DNA of 48,604 nt, taken from the NCBI RefSeq assembly GCF_001194135.2, contig NC_068999.1, forward strand, positions 6,155,853 through 6,204,456, in the 5' to 3' direction. This stretch comes from Octopus bimaculoides (Eukaryota). This document shows, piece by piece, positions 12,011 through 22,771 of this stretch (the first letter of the stretch is position 1; every line of letters begins with the position of its first letter). The position numbers and the translations under genes were made by a program. Below the pieces are notes generated by a model. That model saw nothing but the letters and a program-made list of their open reading frames with translations. It did not search any database and had not been told where the DNA came from.

Positions 12011-12539
12011 ATAGATAGATTTATTCAATGCAACCCGTCAACAATAATGTTGACTGTGCATTAGGTCTATTAACGTGGTCTCTGTTAAAGGACGACTGGA
12101 GAAGGAGAAGTTGTGTATTTTCACCCCCNNNNNNNNNNNNNNNNNNNNNNNNNNNNNNNNNNNNNNNNNNNNNNNNNNNNNNNNNNNNNNNNNNNNNNNN
12201 NNNNNNNNNNNNNNNNNNNNNNNNNNNNNNNNNNNNNNNNNNNNNNNNNNNNNNNNNNNNNNNNNNNNNNNNNNNNNNNNNNNNNNNNNNNNNNNNNNNN
12301 NNNNNNNNNNNNNNNNNNNNNNNNNNNNNNNNNNNNNNNNNNNNNNNNNNNNNNNNNNNNNNNNNNNNNNNNNNNNNNNNNNNNNNNNNNNNNNNNNNNN
12401 NNNNNNNNNNNNNNNNNNNNNNNNTGTGTGTGTGGGGGTGGGGAATCATTAGAGCAGATAGAATTGCGGATATCCGGAGCAGATATTTTTATTCTGATTG
12501 TCTCTAGCAGGAACAGCTAAACAGGCTTTGCATACATCA

Positions 12540-12597
<58 letters not shown>

Positions 12598-13473
12598 GTA
12601 TTGTGTATTTATCCAGCCACCATCTACGTATAAATGCATAGCATACATACGCACAACAGTCACACACATACACGTGCACACACTCACACACACACACGCT
12701 CACATCTATCTACATATATAAGTAGATACATGCATACATTTATACACACATAGCTGCACAAACACACACACATACACACACAAGTATACACACACATGTT
12801 ATATACACACATACATATACACCAATATATTTACATCTTTCCATTTAACGTATTACTTACAGAAATGTGTGNNNNNNNNNNNNNNNNNNNNNNNNNNNNN
12901 NNNNNNNNNNNNNNNNNNNNNNNNNNNNNNNNNNNNNNNNNNNNNNNNNNNNNNNNNNNNNNNNNNNNNNNTTTTTGCTCAATATTTGCTTTTATTATTG
13001 TTTTTATTTTGTTAATAATAACTTTTTTTATGCGAAATAAAATATGGCGCATAACTACAGATCGGAAAATATGAATAAGAAAAAAAAATTGCCAGGTATA
13101 ACACTCATCATCACCATCATCATCATGATCATCATCATCATGATCATCATCATCATTATCATCATCATCCTCAATAAGAACAATAGTCAAAAGTTATCAT
13201 TATCATTATCGTCATATCCATCGTCATCACCATTTATCAGCATCTTTATCATGAACACTACAATCACCACCATCATCGCGTCATCGCTATAGTCATCGCC
13301 ACAACCATCATCATCATTATCAACAACAATAACAACAACAACAACAACAACAACAAAAGATACAACAGAAAATAAAAAGTTTATTAGGAATTTTCTTTAA
13401 AAACTGAAACCATTTTTCTTGCTTCTTTTCGAGTTAATTGTTCTGTTATGAATATTGTTTCACAGTTTCTCGA

Positions 13474-13479
13474 TTTATT
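13474..13479 (-). promoter_or_regulatory. Candidate polyadenylation signal for the precursor gene
   Basis: TTTATT on plus (AATAAA on minus) about 460 nt past the stop; another at 13380-13385. Not distinguishable without transcripts. Confidence 0.2.
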
Positions 13480-13484
13480 TTCAA

Positions 13485-13537
<53 letters not shown>

Positions 13538-13938
13538 ACCGCTCTTGTTCGCATCGTTTTCCTTCTCTTCTCTCGGATCCAATTCCAACAGAGAGAAATC
13601 GAACGTCCCTACAAGTTGCAAGCTAGTTCTCGTAATCTCGAACCTGGCTTATGGATTATCTTATTAAAACCTCTTTGTCTTTTCCGGGACCCCTTCTCTT
13701 GCACTCTCACCTCTCACCTCTCACCTTGCATTGGATTATCGTACAGGGACTAACTGGGATTAGTCGATCGTCTTTATCTACTGTATGCTACAGTTCGGTG
13801 GGGGGGCGTGGAGGTGGCGTGGAGGTGGGGGGAGGTGGAGGTGGGGGTGGTNNNNNNNNNNAATTTCTTTTGTGTTGTTTAAATTTCCGCTTTTGTGTCA
13901 TCGTGTTTTTTTTTTCCTTTGTCATGGCGTTTGTTGGT

Positions 13939-15568
13939 CTATTCCATTCTAAGAAGGCATTTACTCTTCTTGTCAGCATGATACAAACATTCTGTTAGTC
14001 TTGCCAGTAAACCATTTTGTGCTGTTTCAAATCTCCGCCTGATTAGACCAGATCCAACAGAATCGAAATTTCTTTTAATCAAACCTGATCCAACAGAATC
14101 TAGTTGTCTTTTGATAAGCCCGGACCCAACAGAGTCCAAATTCCTTCGTATTAATCCAGAGCCGACAGAGTCCAAATTCTTTTTAATAAGTCCAGATCCA
14201 ACAGTGTCAAAATTCCTTCGAATAAGACCAGATCCTACGGAGTCTAGCTGCCTTTTGATGAGCCCAGAACCGACAGAGTCCAAATTCTTTTTAATAAGCC
14301 CAGATCCAACAGAATCCAAATTTCTACGAATTAATCCGGAGCCGACAGAGTCCAAATTCTTTTTAATTAGTCCAGACCCAACAGTATCAAAATTTCTACG
14401 AATTAATCCAGAGCCGACAGAGNNNNNNNNNNNNNNNNNNNNNNNNNNNNNNNNNNNNNNNNNNNNNNNNNNNNNNNNNNNNNNNNNNNNNNNNNNNNNN
14501 NNNNNNNNNNNNNNNNNNNNNNNNNNNNNNNNNNNNNNNNNTCCGGAGCCGACAGAGTCCAAATTCTTTTTAATTAGTCCAGACCCAACAGTATCAAAAT
14601 TTCTACGAATTAATCCAGAGCCGACAGAGTCCAAATTCTTTTTAATAAGTCCAGACCCAATAGTATCAAAACTTCTACGAATTAATCCAGAGCCGACAGA
14701 GTCGAAATTCTTTTTAATAAGTCCAGACCCAATAGTATCAAAACTTCTACGAATTAATCCGGAGCCGACAGAATCCAAATTTCTGCGAATTAATCCAGAA
14801 CCGACAGAATCCAAATTCTTTTTAATTAGTCCAGACCCAACAGTATCAAAATTTCTACGAATTAATCCGGAGCCGACAGAATCCAAATTCTTTTTGATAA
14901 GTCCAGATCCAACAGTATCGAAATTTCTGCGAATTAATCCTGAACCGACAGAATCCAAATTCTTTTTAATAAGTCCAGATCCAACAGTATCGAAATTTCT
15001 GCGAATTAATCCTGAACCGACAGAATCCAAATTCTTTTTGATAAGGCCAGACCCAATAGTATCGAAATTTCTGCGAATTAATCCAGATCCAACAGAATCC
15101 AAATTTCTGCGAATTAATCCGGAGCCGACAGAATCCAAGTTCTTTTTAATAAGTCCAGACCCAACAGTGTCAAAATTTCTTCGAATTAATCCAGAGCCGA
15201 CAGAATCCAAGTTCTTTTTAATGAGCCCAGACCCAACTGAATCCAGCTGTCTTTTGATTAGTCCAGCTCCTACAGAATCTAACTGCCGTTTAAGAGCATC
15301 TTCTTCAATATTGTCTAATGGTATTTCTTCAAACTCACTTCCATCTTCAAATTTTCTCTTGATCAATCCAGATCCAACAGAGTCCAGTTGTCGCTTGATC
15401 AGACCCGACCCGACCGAATCCAGCTGCCTTTTAATAAGTCCAGACCCAACAGAGTCTAATTGTCTTTTAATTAATCCAGAGCCGACTGAATCCAAATTTC
15501 TTTTAATAAGGCCGGAACCAACTGAGTCCAGATTCCTCTTTTCTTCGCATAACACATTTGAGATGAAT
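13939..15568 (-). CDS. Main coding exon of a multi-copy neuropeptide precursor (xLDSVGSGLI / xFDTVGSGLI decapeptides; orcokinin-B/pedal-peptide/LASGLx-like)
   Basis: Acceptor ttcttttcttatttttatttcAG (15569-15570 on minus). An in-frame TAA at 15597-15595 with no ATG before it means an upstream exon is required. The exon reads (x)FISNVLC-EE-KR, then 35 complete + 2 partial decapeptides each flanked by dibasic sites, an acidic spacer (15354-15292), a tail, and TAG at 13941-13939. Repeats differ mainly at synonymous positions. A 119-N gap lies at 14423-14541. The family assignment is from remembered peptide sequences. Confidence 0.92.
14041..15534 (-). repeat. Coding tandem repeat, 36-nt unit, with a 72-nt higher-order dimer in the core
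   Basis: The unit is 10 aa peptide + 2 basic residues. The core alternates NFDTVGSGLI-KK and NLDSVGSGLI-RR. Confidence 0.95.
14423..14541. other. Assembly gap (119 N) inside the neuropeptide repeat array
   Basis: N run. About 20 other gaps exist, almost all bordered by microsatellites. Confidence 0.99.
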
Positions 15569-16427
15569 CTGAAATAAAAATAAGAAAAGAAGAATTAAAA
15601 TAAATTTTACACAAAGCAAAATAAAGTAAAATAACTGCATGAAAATTTAAGCAATCTTGTAACAACAAATAATAAACAGACATGAAAAACAATGAAACTG
15701 TGTTTGTGTAGGCGCAGTTAACAATTTCATTTTGCCACTGCGAGGATAATGTTGGGCATTTGTCACTTTCCGTAGTCACACGTTGTACTAATTTGTAATA
15801 TTAAAAATATAAAAAAACTGTATCTCAAAAGGTACAGCCTTGCCACACTCTGTGACTCGTTTATTCTAATTTTGGATGGCATTAATGGTTAACGTGTCAG
15901 CCACTTTCACGTTAATTCAGGAACGGGTAAATAAGTAGAATAATTAAACTTTTTGTCATATCAGAGATCACCAAAGCCACCGCCAAACTCCCTACCACAC
16001 ACACGGGAATTGCTAGTAACACACACGTGGGTATTGAGGATAAATACGTGTTCATATTCGGCTGTATATTTTTGGAAGTGTTGGTTGAATATCAGTTATG
16101 CGATGACGCTTGTTCGCGTACATATTTAATCCTGACACTCTCAAATTTATATTTCGAAATGCTGCACTGAAGATGAGAAATTAGTAAGTAAATATAACTT
16201 TACTTTAATATCTCGAAACGCGTATGTAGCTAATCTGAGTCGTGTGGATTCGTTATTTCGTTCTTTTTGCCTACGTAAAAAAAGGGTGTTACTGTCTGGG
16301 AGATCTTTATGGTGGTAGAAAAGGCATTTGGGTCCTATTTCTAAATTCGGTGCGTGGCGAAGCAATTAGCTGACCCCTGATTATAATTATGTTTATAATT
16401 ATAGAATAGTTTATATATATATATGTA

Positions 16428-16456
16428 CAGGGTGGCCCAAAAGTAGGTTTACACTT
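16428..16456 (+). mobile_element. Solo Tc1/mariner-type terminal repeat remnant
   Basis: TA|CAGGGTGGCCCAAAAGTAGGTTTACACTT has the TA + CAGGGTG start typical of mariner-like TIRs. No partner end was found. Confidence 0.45.
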
Positions 16457-17312
16457 ATTCAACTATCTGTTTCGCCTTCATATGTTAACAGTTTAGATGT
16501 TAATTATAAAAAAAATATGAAACCATTATTCTATTGCTCCCTTTTTTATGATTCTAATATACGAACAAACTCGCCGTATGAGCCAGCGGATTAGACTATG
16601 CCTTAACCCTCGTACTTTAAATTATTGGCCCTAAAAGGATAAAAAAACGATGTTGGCATCTTCAGGATTTGAAGTCAGAGAAGAAATAACGCTAAGCATC
16701 GTATCAGAGACTTGCTAATGGCGCTGCCAGCTTGCCATAGGACAGTGATTCTCATCCATCTTTTGCCTAGGAATCGATTCGATCCATATTTTATTCGACT
16801 GGAATCTTCCCCGTACCATAGCCATTCGATGTTTAAGAAAGTCACGTTATATTTTTATAATTAAAATATTAGGAATTGCATAAAAAAAGTTTGTCGAAAT
16901 ATTTTCTCTATCGTAGAAGAATAGCTGATTTATTACACATAAATTTTAACGAAAAAGTTTTCGGTGGACCCCTAAGGGTTGTGAACAAGTGTCAGTGAAA
17001 TTACCCAGCCCATATTCAAGCTCCCCGTTCTTTAATAATTTATAAAACGAAGTAATACAACACGTCAAAACAAAACAATGAAGACGATGTATATTTCAAA
17101 CCAATTGTCTAAAAAATCGATCAGAAATAAACAATTTCTAAAATGTCAAATAAGTTTCTCTATCAGAAAAAACGCCAGTTGCTATAAACAGAATAGATCT
17201 ACCGTTTACAAGCAATTTCCTTATGCAAGAAATTCTATAATTTCTATCATTTTTGTTCTAATGTAGGATTGAATATAAATTCAATATCGAGGTTCTAAAT
17301 CATATCTATCTA

Positions 17313-17368
<56 letters not shown>

Positions 17369-17958
17369 NNNNNNNNNNNNNNNNNNNNNNNNNNNNNNNN
17401 NNNNNNNNNNNNNNNNNNNNNNNNNNNNNNNNNNNNNNNNNNNNNNNNNNNNNNNNNNNNNNNNNNNNNNNNNNNNNNNNNNNNNNNNNNNNNNNNNNNN
17501 NNNNNNNNNNNNNNNNNNNNNNNNNNNNNNNNNNNNNNNNNNNNNNNNNNNNNNNNNNNNNNNNNNNNNNNNNNNNNNNNNNNNNNNNNNNNNNNNNNNN
17601 NNNNNNNNNNNNNNNNNNNNNNNNNNNNNNNNNNNNNNNNNNNNNNNNNNNNNNNNNNNNNNNNNNNNNNNNNNNNNNNNNNNNNNNNNNNNNNNNNNNN
17701 NNNNNNNNNNNNNNNNNNNNNNNNNNNNNNNNNNNNNNNNNNNNNNNNNNNNNNNNNNNNNNNNNNNNNNNNNNNNNNNNNNNNNNNNNNNNNNNNNNNN
17801 NNNNNNNNNNNNNNNNNNNNNNNNNNNNNNNNNNNNNNNNNNNNNNNNNNNNNNNNNNNNNNNNNNNNNNNNNNNNNNNNNNNNNNNNNNNNNNNNNNNN
17901 NNNNNNNNNNNNNNTGCATATATGTATGTATATGTATATATGTGTGTGTATATCTATC

Positions 17959-18012
<54 letters not shown>

Positions 18013-18060
18013 TATGTATAATACGCGTAAATATACATATATATGTAACTGTATATATTT

Positions 18061-18206
18061 GGGCAGTAATAAGTTTGCTTTCCAAATACGTGGTCCCCGG
18101 TTCAATTCCACTGAGTGGCACCTAGCGCAAGTGCCTTCTACTATAGCCTCGAACCAACCAAATGCTTTTGAGAGGATCTGGTAGACGGAACCTGAATGAA
18201 GAAGTC

Positions 18207-18210
<4 letters not shown>
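18061..18210 (+). mobile_element. SINE-like repeat, family E (diverged)
   Basis: Aligns with 9517-9672 (gtttgctttcc...ggttcaattccactg...ctactatagcctcg...ggtagacggaa). Confidence 0.7.
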
Positions 18211-18249
<39 letters not shown>

Positions 18250-18271
18250 NNNNNNNNNNAATGAAGAAGTC

Positions 18272-18327
<56 letters not shown>

Positions 18328-18399
18328 AATATTTATATACGTGTATATATCCATATTTATCTATCTATCTATCGCTCTATCCATATATATATATATATA

Positions 18400-18800
18400 A
18401 GCATGAAAACCGCAGGAAAGTGCCCGATTGAGGCCGACTGCAAATGCAATAAACATATGCACGGGCGCTGCTTATATTTGGCATGGAAAATGGCCAGAGA
18501 GGGCCTTCCTTGGTCACAAAACCCGTCTCGAGTCATTTACGTCCATAATACAGGTTTCCTTGCGTCCGTGATGTTTAAAGTCTTTTACCGGGAAGGGACG
18601 CTAGTCCATTGCAGGATAAGACTCACTTTTGCCAGCTGAAAAGACTGCAGCAATGTAAAATGAAGTGCTTTGCTCAAGAACGCGACACATTGACCGGTCC
18701 AGGAATTGAAACCACAATCTTACGATCATGAATCCAACACCGTAACCACAATGTTACGATCACGAATGCAACACCTTAATCATTAACTCACACGCCTCCA
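18400..18800 (-). mobile_element. tRNA-derived SINE (diverged), with a 34-nt tandem duplication in its head (about 18715-18783)
   Basis: The reverse complement has a ggaggcgtg...gtggtttcaattcctggaccgg...gttcttgagcaaagcacttcatttt head shared with 697, 9147 and 41341. acaat[c/g]ttacgatca[t/c]gaat[c/g]caacacc occurs twice. Confidence 0.65.
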
Positions 18801-19836
18801 CGATATAACAAGCGTTCGCGCACGCACACACACACACACAAACACACACATATGCACACACAAAGAAACACACACATACATACAAACACACACACGAACG
18901 CACACACATATACACAAACACACACAAACACACACACAACCTCACATGCAAACACACACAGAGACATACACGCAAACACATACACACATAGAAACACATG
19001 CATACACACACAATCGTACCCCGTCAACATATACCTCATATTTGTGCGTGTGTGTCTGTCCATCCATACCGTATTTTGCAACACATTTTGTATTATACAG
19101 TATTCCATCTATGAGTCCCTTGGGTTCAGTAAAGTATTTTAAGGCCCTTTAAACGCTGTCAAAGGTTGAATCGGTAGAGATGTAGAGGAAATACTGCTCA
19201 GGTATTTAAATATGTCCCTATAAATTATACTTCGTCGATGAGAATAATAACCCTTTCTTCGATTCTCCTGGGGTGTTACTTCAAAATAAGATAACCGTCC
19301 TCAGGCGTTGCGTCAAAATCGAATATCTTTAGATACAGATATTAACTATTTAATTTACAATAGAGGAAAAATCCCATGACACACAGTTCCAAGATCAAAT
19401 CCGCCTAGAGATTCATTTAGGTTTTCATTCGACGTTGGGTGGGGTGGGATGGGATTCGGTGGGGTGTTGGTATCAAGACTTAATTATCCTACAGAAAATT
19501 AGAACAATTCTGGTTTGCGTCGAAACCATGCGCAAATGGAGGAAAGTAATGAAAGGAGAAATCTGGTGCCAAGAGCTGAAAGTAAATCAGCAATGGAATT
19601 AATTACGCTGTTATTATCATCATCATCATCAACACTATCATTCTCACCGTCGTCATTGCAGCCGTCGTCATCGTCGTCGTCGTCATAATCATAACCATCA
19701 TTGTCATCATCGCCATTTTTGTGGTGAACCAATCAAACTTAAAACAACCTGTCGAATAGTAAACCAATTCTTTGCGTAATATACGTTAAGCGCAATATAA
19801 TTTATTTTCCACACTGGCCGCGTTCAGACGTTCACG

Positions 19837-19895
<59 letters not shown>

Positions 19896-20432
19896 NNNNN
19901 NNNNNNNNNNNNNNNNNNNNNNNNNNNNNNNNNNNNNNNNNNNNNNNNNNNNNNNNNNNNNNNNNNNNNNNNNNNNNNNNNNNNNNNNNNNNNNNNNNNN
20001 NNNNNNNNNNNNNNNNNNNNNNNNNNNNNNNNNNNNNNNNNNNNNNNNNNNNNNNNNNNNNNNNNNNNNNNNNNNNNNNNNNNNNNNNNNNNNNNNNNNN
20101 NNNNNNNNNNNNNNNNNNNNNNNNNNNNNNNNNNNNNNNNNNNNNNNNNNNNNNNNNNNNNNNNNNNNNNNNNNNNNNNNNNNNNNNNNNNNNNNNNNNN
20201 NNNNNNNNNNNNNNNNNNNNNNNNNNNNNNNNNNNNNNNNNNNNNNNNNNNNNNNNNNNNNNNNNNNNNNNNNNNNNNNNNNNNNNNNNNNNNNNNNNNN
20301 NNNNNNNNNNNNNNNNNNNNNNNNNNNNNNNNNNNNNNNNNNNNNNNNNNNNNNNNNNNNNNNNNNNNNNNNNNNNNNNNNNNNNNNNNNNNNNNNNNNN
20401 NNNNNNNNNNNNNNNNNNNNNNNNNNNNNNNN

Positions 20433-20474
<42 letters not shown>

Positions 20475-21773
20475 GAATATACATGTGTGTGTGTGTGTGT
20501 GTATTTATATATTTTTATGCGCATTAATATGGAAAAATAAACGGATTTGTCTAAAAGTCAAGGTGTCACGCAATGGAACTGAACCCGGAACCATGTGGTT
20601 GGGAGGCAAGCAACTTACCCACAGACACTCCTGCGCCTATGCATATATGTAAGTATGTATATATGTATGTATGTATGTATGTATGTGTTTGTGGTGTTTC
20701 CCACGATATACGAGAGAACCTAAACACCCAAACACCAAATCATATCAAACATGCGTGTGTAAGTGTGTTCGTGCCAATCTCTATAGAATCATTTCTAACT
20801 CTTCTCTGATGCTGAAATTCTTTCACCGTTTCTTCTTCCTCTCCGCAACGTCTTCCTCTTTTCTCTATCTCTCTTGCTTTCTCTCTCATTCTCTCTGGTT
20901 CTCCGCGTGTGAGTTCGTGTGTGAGTATGTGTACGTGTGAGTGTTTGATTGTGTCTGTGTGTCCTTTGTATTCATTTCTGAAATACGGATGTTCTTTCTC
21001 TTCACATTGTTTTTCTTCCTCTTCTCTCTGTCTCAGTGTTCGCATCTCCTTCTCTTTCTTTCTCTCTCTGGATATGTATGTTTGTATGTATGTATGAATG
21101 TATGTGTGTATGTATGTATTTATGTATGTATGTATGTATGTATGTACGTGTGTATGTACGTATGTGTTATAGTCTCGACGTAATTTCCAGATTCACAGAA
21201 CAGATGTGTTGTTTAATGTCAAACGCAATCAACAAACAAACCGAAACAAAAAAAATACACAAAAGGAATAATGAATAAGAAACAGAATAAAAAACCAAAC
21301 AATCCCAGGACATTGTCAATAGAACTATACGATGCCATTCCCATCGATTTCGCTGTGTAAAGAGGAGTAAATAAAGAAGATTATCAATCCATTTGAAGAA
21401 GCAAAAAATAAAGACTGAAAAACAGTTTGTAAGCAATTATTATAGACGCTGTATGTAATTTATCTATTGGTTGAAGGATAGTCTCTAGAAGTGGAAGGCC
21501 TGTGATGGATAGGATTTTAATAGCTGTGATATCTGATGGATTTATGAAGCTATATAATAGATAAATGTATAGATCGAATGTTAATAGATACGTAATTGAT
21601 AGATGAATAAGTAGTAATAATATCTCCAAACAGATTAATGTAGGTTTTGTTTTTCTGTCTCCATCAACGAAAGGTCCTGAGATAAACATTGAATTTCCAC
21701 TTTGGATCACAGCACGTCACCGTCTTATATATGCATTCATTATTGCAATCAGCTCAAATGTGGACAGCTAGCG

Positions 21774-22151
21774 TGGAGACGCAATGGCCCAGTGGTTAGG
21801 GCAGCGGACTCGGGGGTCATAGGATCGCAGTTTCGATTCTCAGACCGGGCAGCGTGAGTGTTTATTGAGCGAAAACACTTAAAACTCCAAGAGGCTCCGG
21901 CAGAGGGTGGCGGTGAACCCTGCTGTACTCTTTCACCACAACTTTCTCTCACTCTTACTTCCTGTTTCTGTTGTGTCTGTAATTCAAAGGGTCAGCCTTG
22001 TCACACTGCGTCATGCTGAATATCCCCGAGAACTACGTTAAGGGTACACGTGTCTGTGGAGTGCTCAGCCACTTGCGCATTAATTTCACGAGCAGGCTGT
22101 TCTGTTGATTGGATCAACTGTAACCCTCGTCGTTGTAACCGACGGAGTGCC
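21774..22151 (+). mobile_element. tRNA-derived SINE, family B (full length)
   Basis: A-box TGGCCCAGTGG, B-box-like GTTTCGATTC, 3' end ccctcgtcgttgtaaccgacggagtgcc. Colinear with 25884-26274. Confidence 0.88.
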
Positions 22152-22736
22152 GTAGTAGTAGGAGAACTGGCAATATCGTCAGCGCTTTGGACATTAGTAC
22201 AAAGTGACATATTTAACGGATTAGTAAGCTCTGATTTCAAATTTGACCGTGGTTGACTTTTGCCTTTTAGGTTCCTTAAAATAAGGACTAGATAAATACT
22301 GCAGGAAGTATAAAGTCTAATATACATTCCATCACCTATCTTATTAATACTGTTACCCCAAACGCCATTAAGAAGTTCTTGGAGTAGATCTAAGGATAAC
22401 AACAGGTAACCTAAACTGTGCCGGTGCTTTACTCATCATCTATTTATACGTTTTGAATAATTTTTTCATCATGTGTACAATTCGATAAACGAAAACTAAT
22501 GCTGAGTTTAGAGCTCGACGTACATTATCATCATCCAGTCTGCTTCGAGTAGAATGGTTTATATAGACTGCTGTATTTAGTAATACTTGGTATTATTACT
22601 GGATACGATATACAGAGAAATGGTAGAACAGATTGGGTAGGAAACACAAACGTGTATCTCTTTATGCCCCAGGAACCTTTCACTTTTGTGGCTATTCATA
22701 AACCAGGAACCTGAAACCTGCACCACCGAATATTCC

Positions 22737-22771
<35 letters not shown>

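Noticed and set aside
14041-15534. Regular short repeat array as a CRISPR or satellite
   Set aside because: There are no unique spacers, the context is eukaryotic, and the units keep a peptide + dibasic reading frame with synonymous variation.
14111-15577. 488-aa plus-strand ORF (ISPDPTESKF repeats)
   Set aside because: It is the antisense shadow of the precursor. A stop-free 36-nt unit keeps it open, and the wobble variation is synonymous on the minus strand, not on this one.
15569-15683. Signal-like peptides just upstream of the acceptor (MQLFYFILLC...; MSVYYLLL...AVILLYFAL joined by a 44-nt GT-AG intron to FISNVLC)
   Set aside because: The first is out of frame. The second needs a 44-nt intron with a weak GTGTAA donor. 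T-rich polypyrimidine tracts give hydrophobic codons by chance. Not excluded without cDNA.
18195-18300. Direct repeat aatgaagaagtctatata...tgtg on both sides of a 10-N gap
   Set aside because: Typical unmerged contig overlap; assembly artefact.
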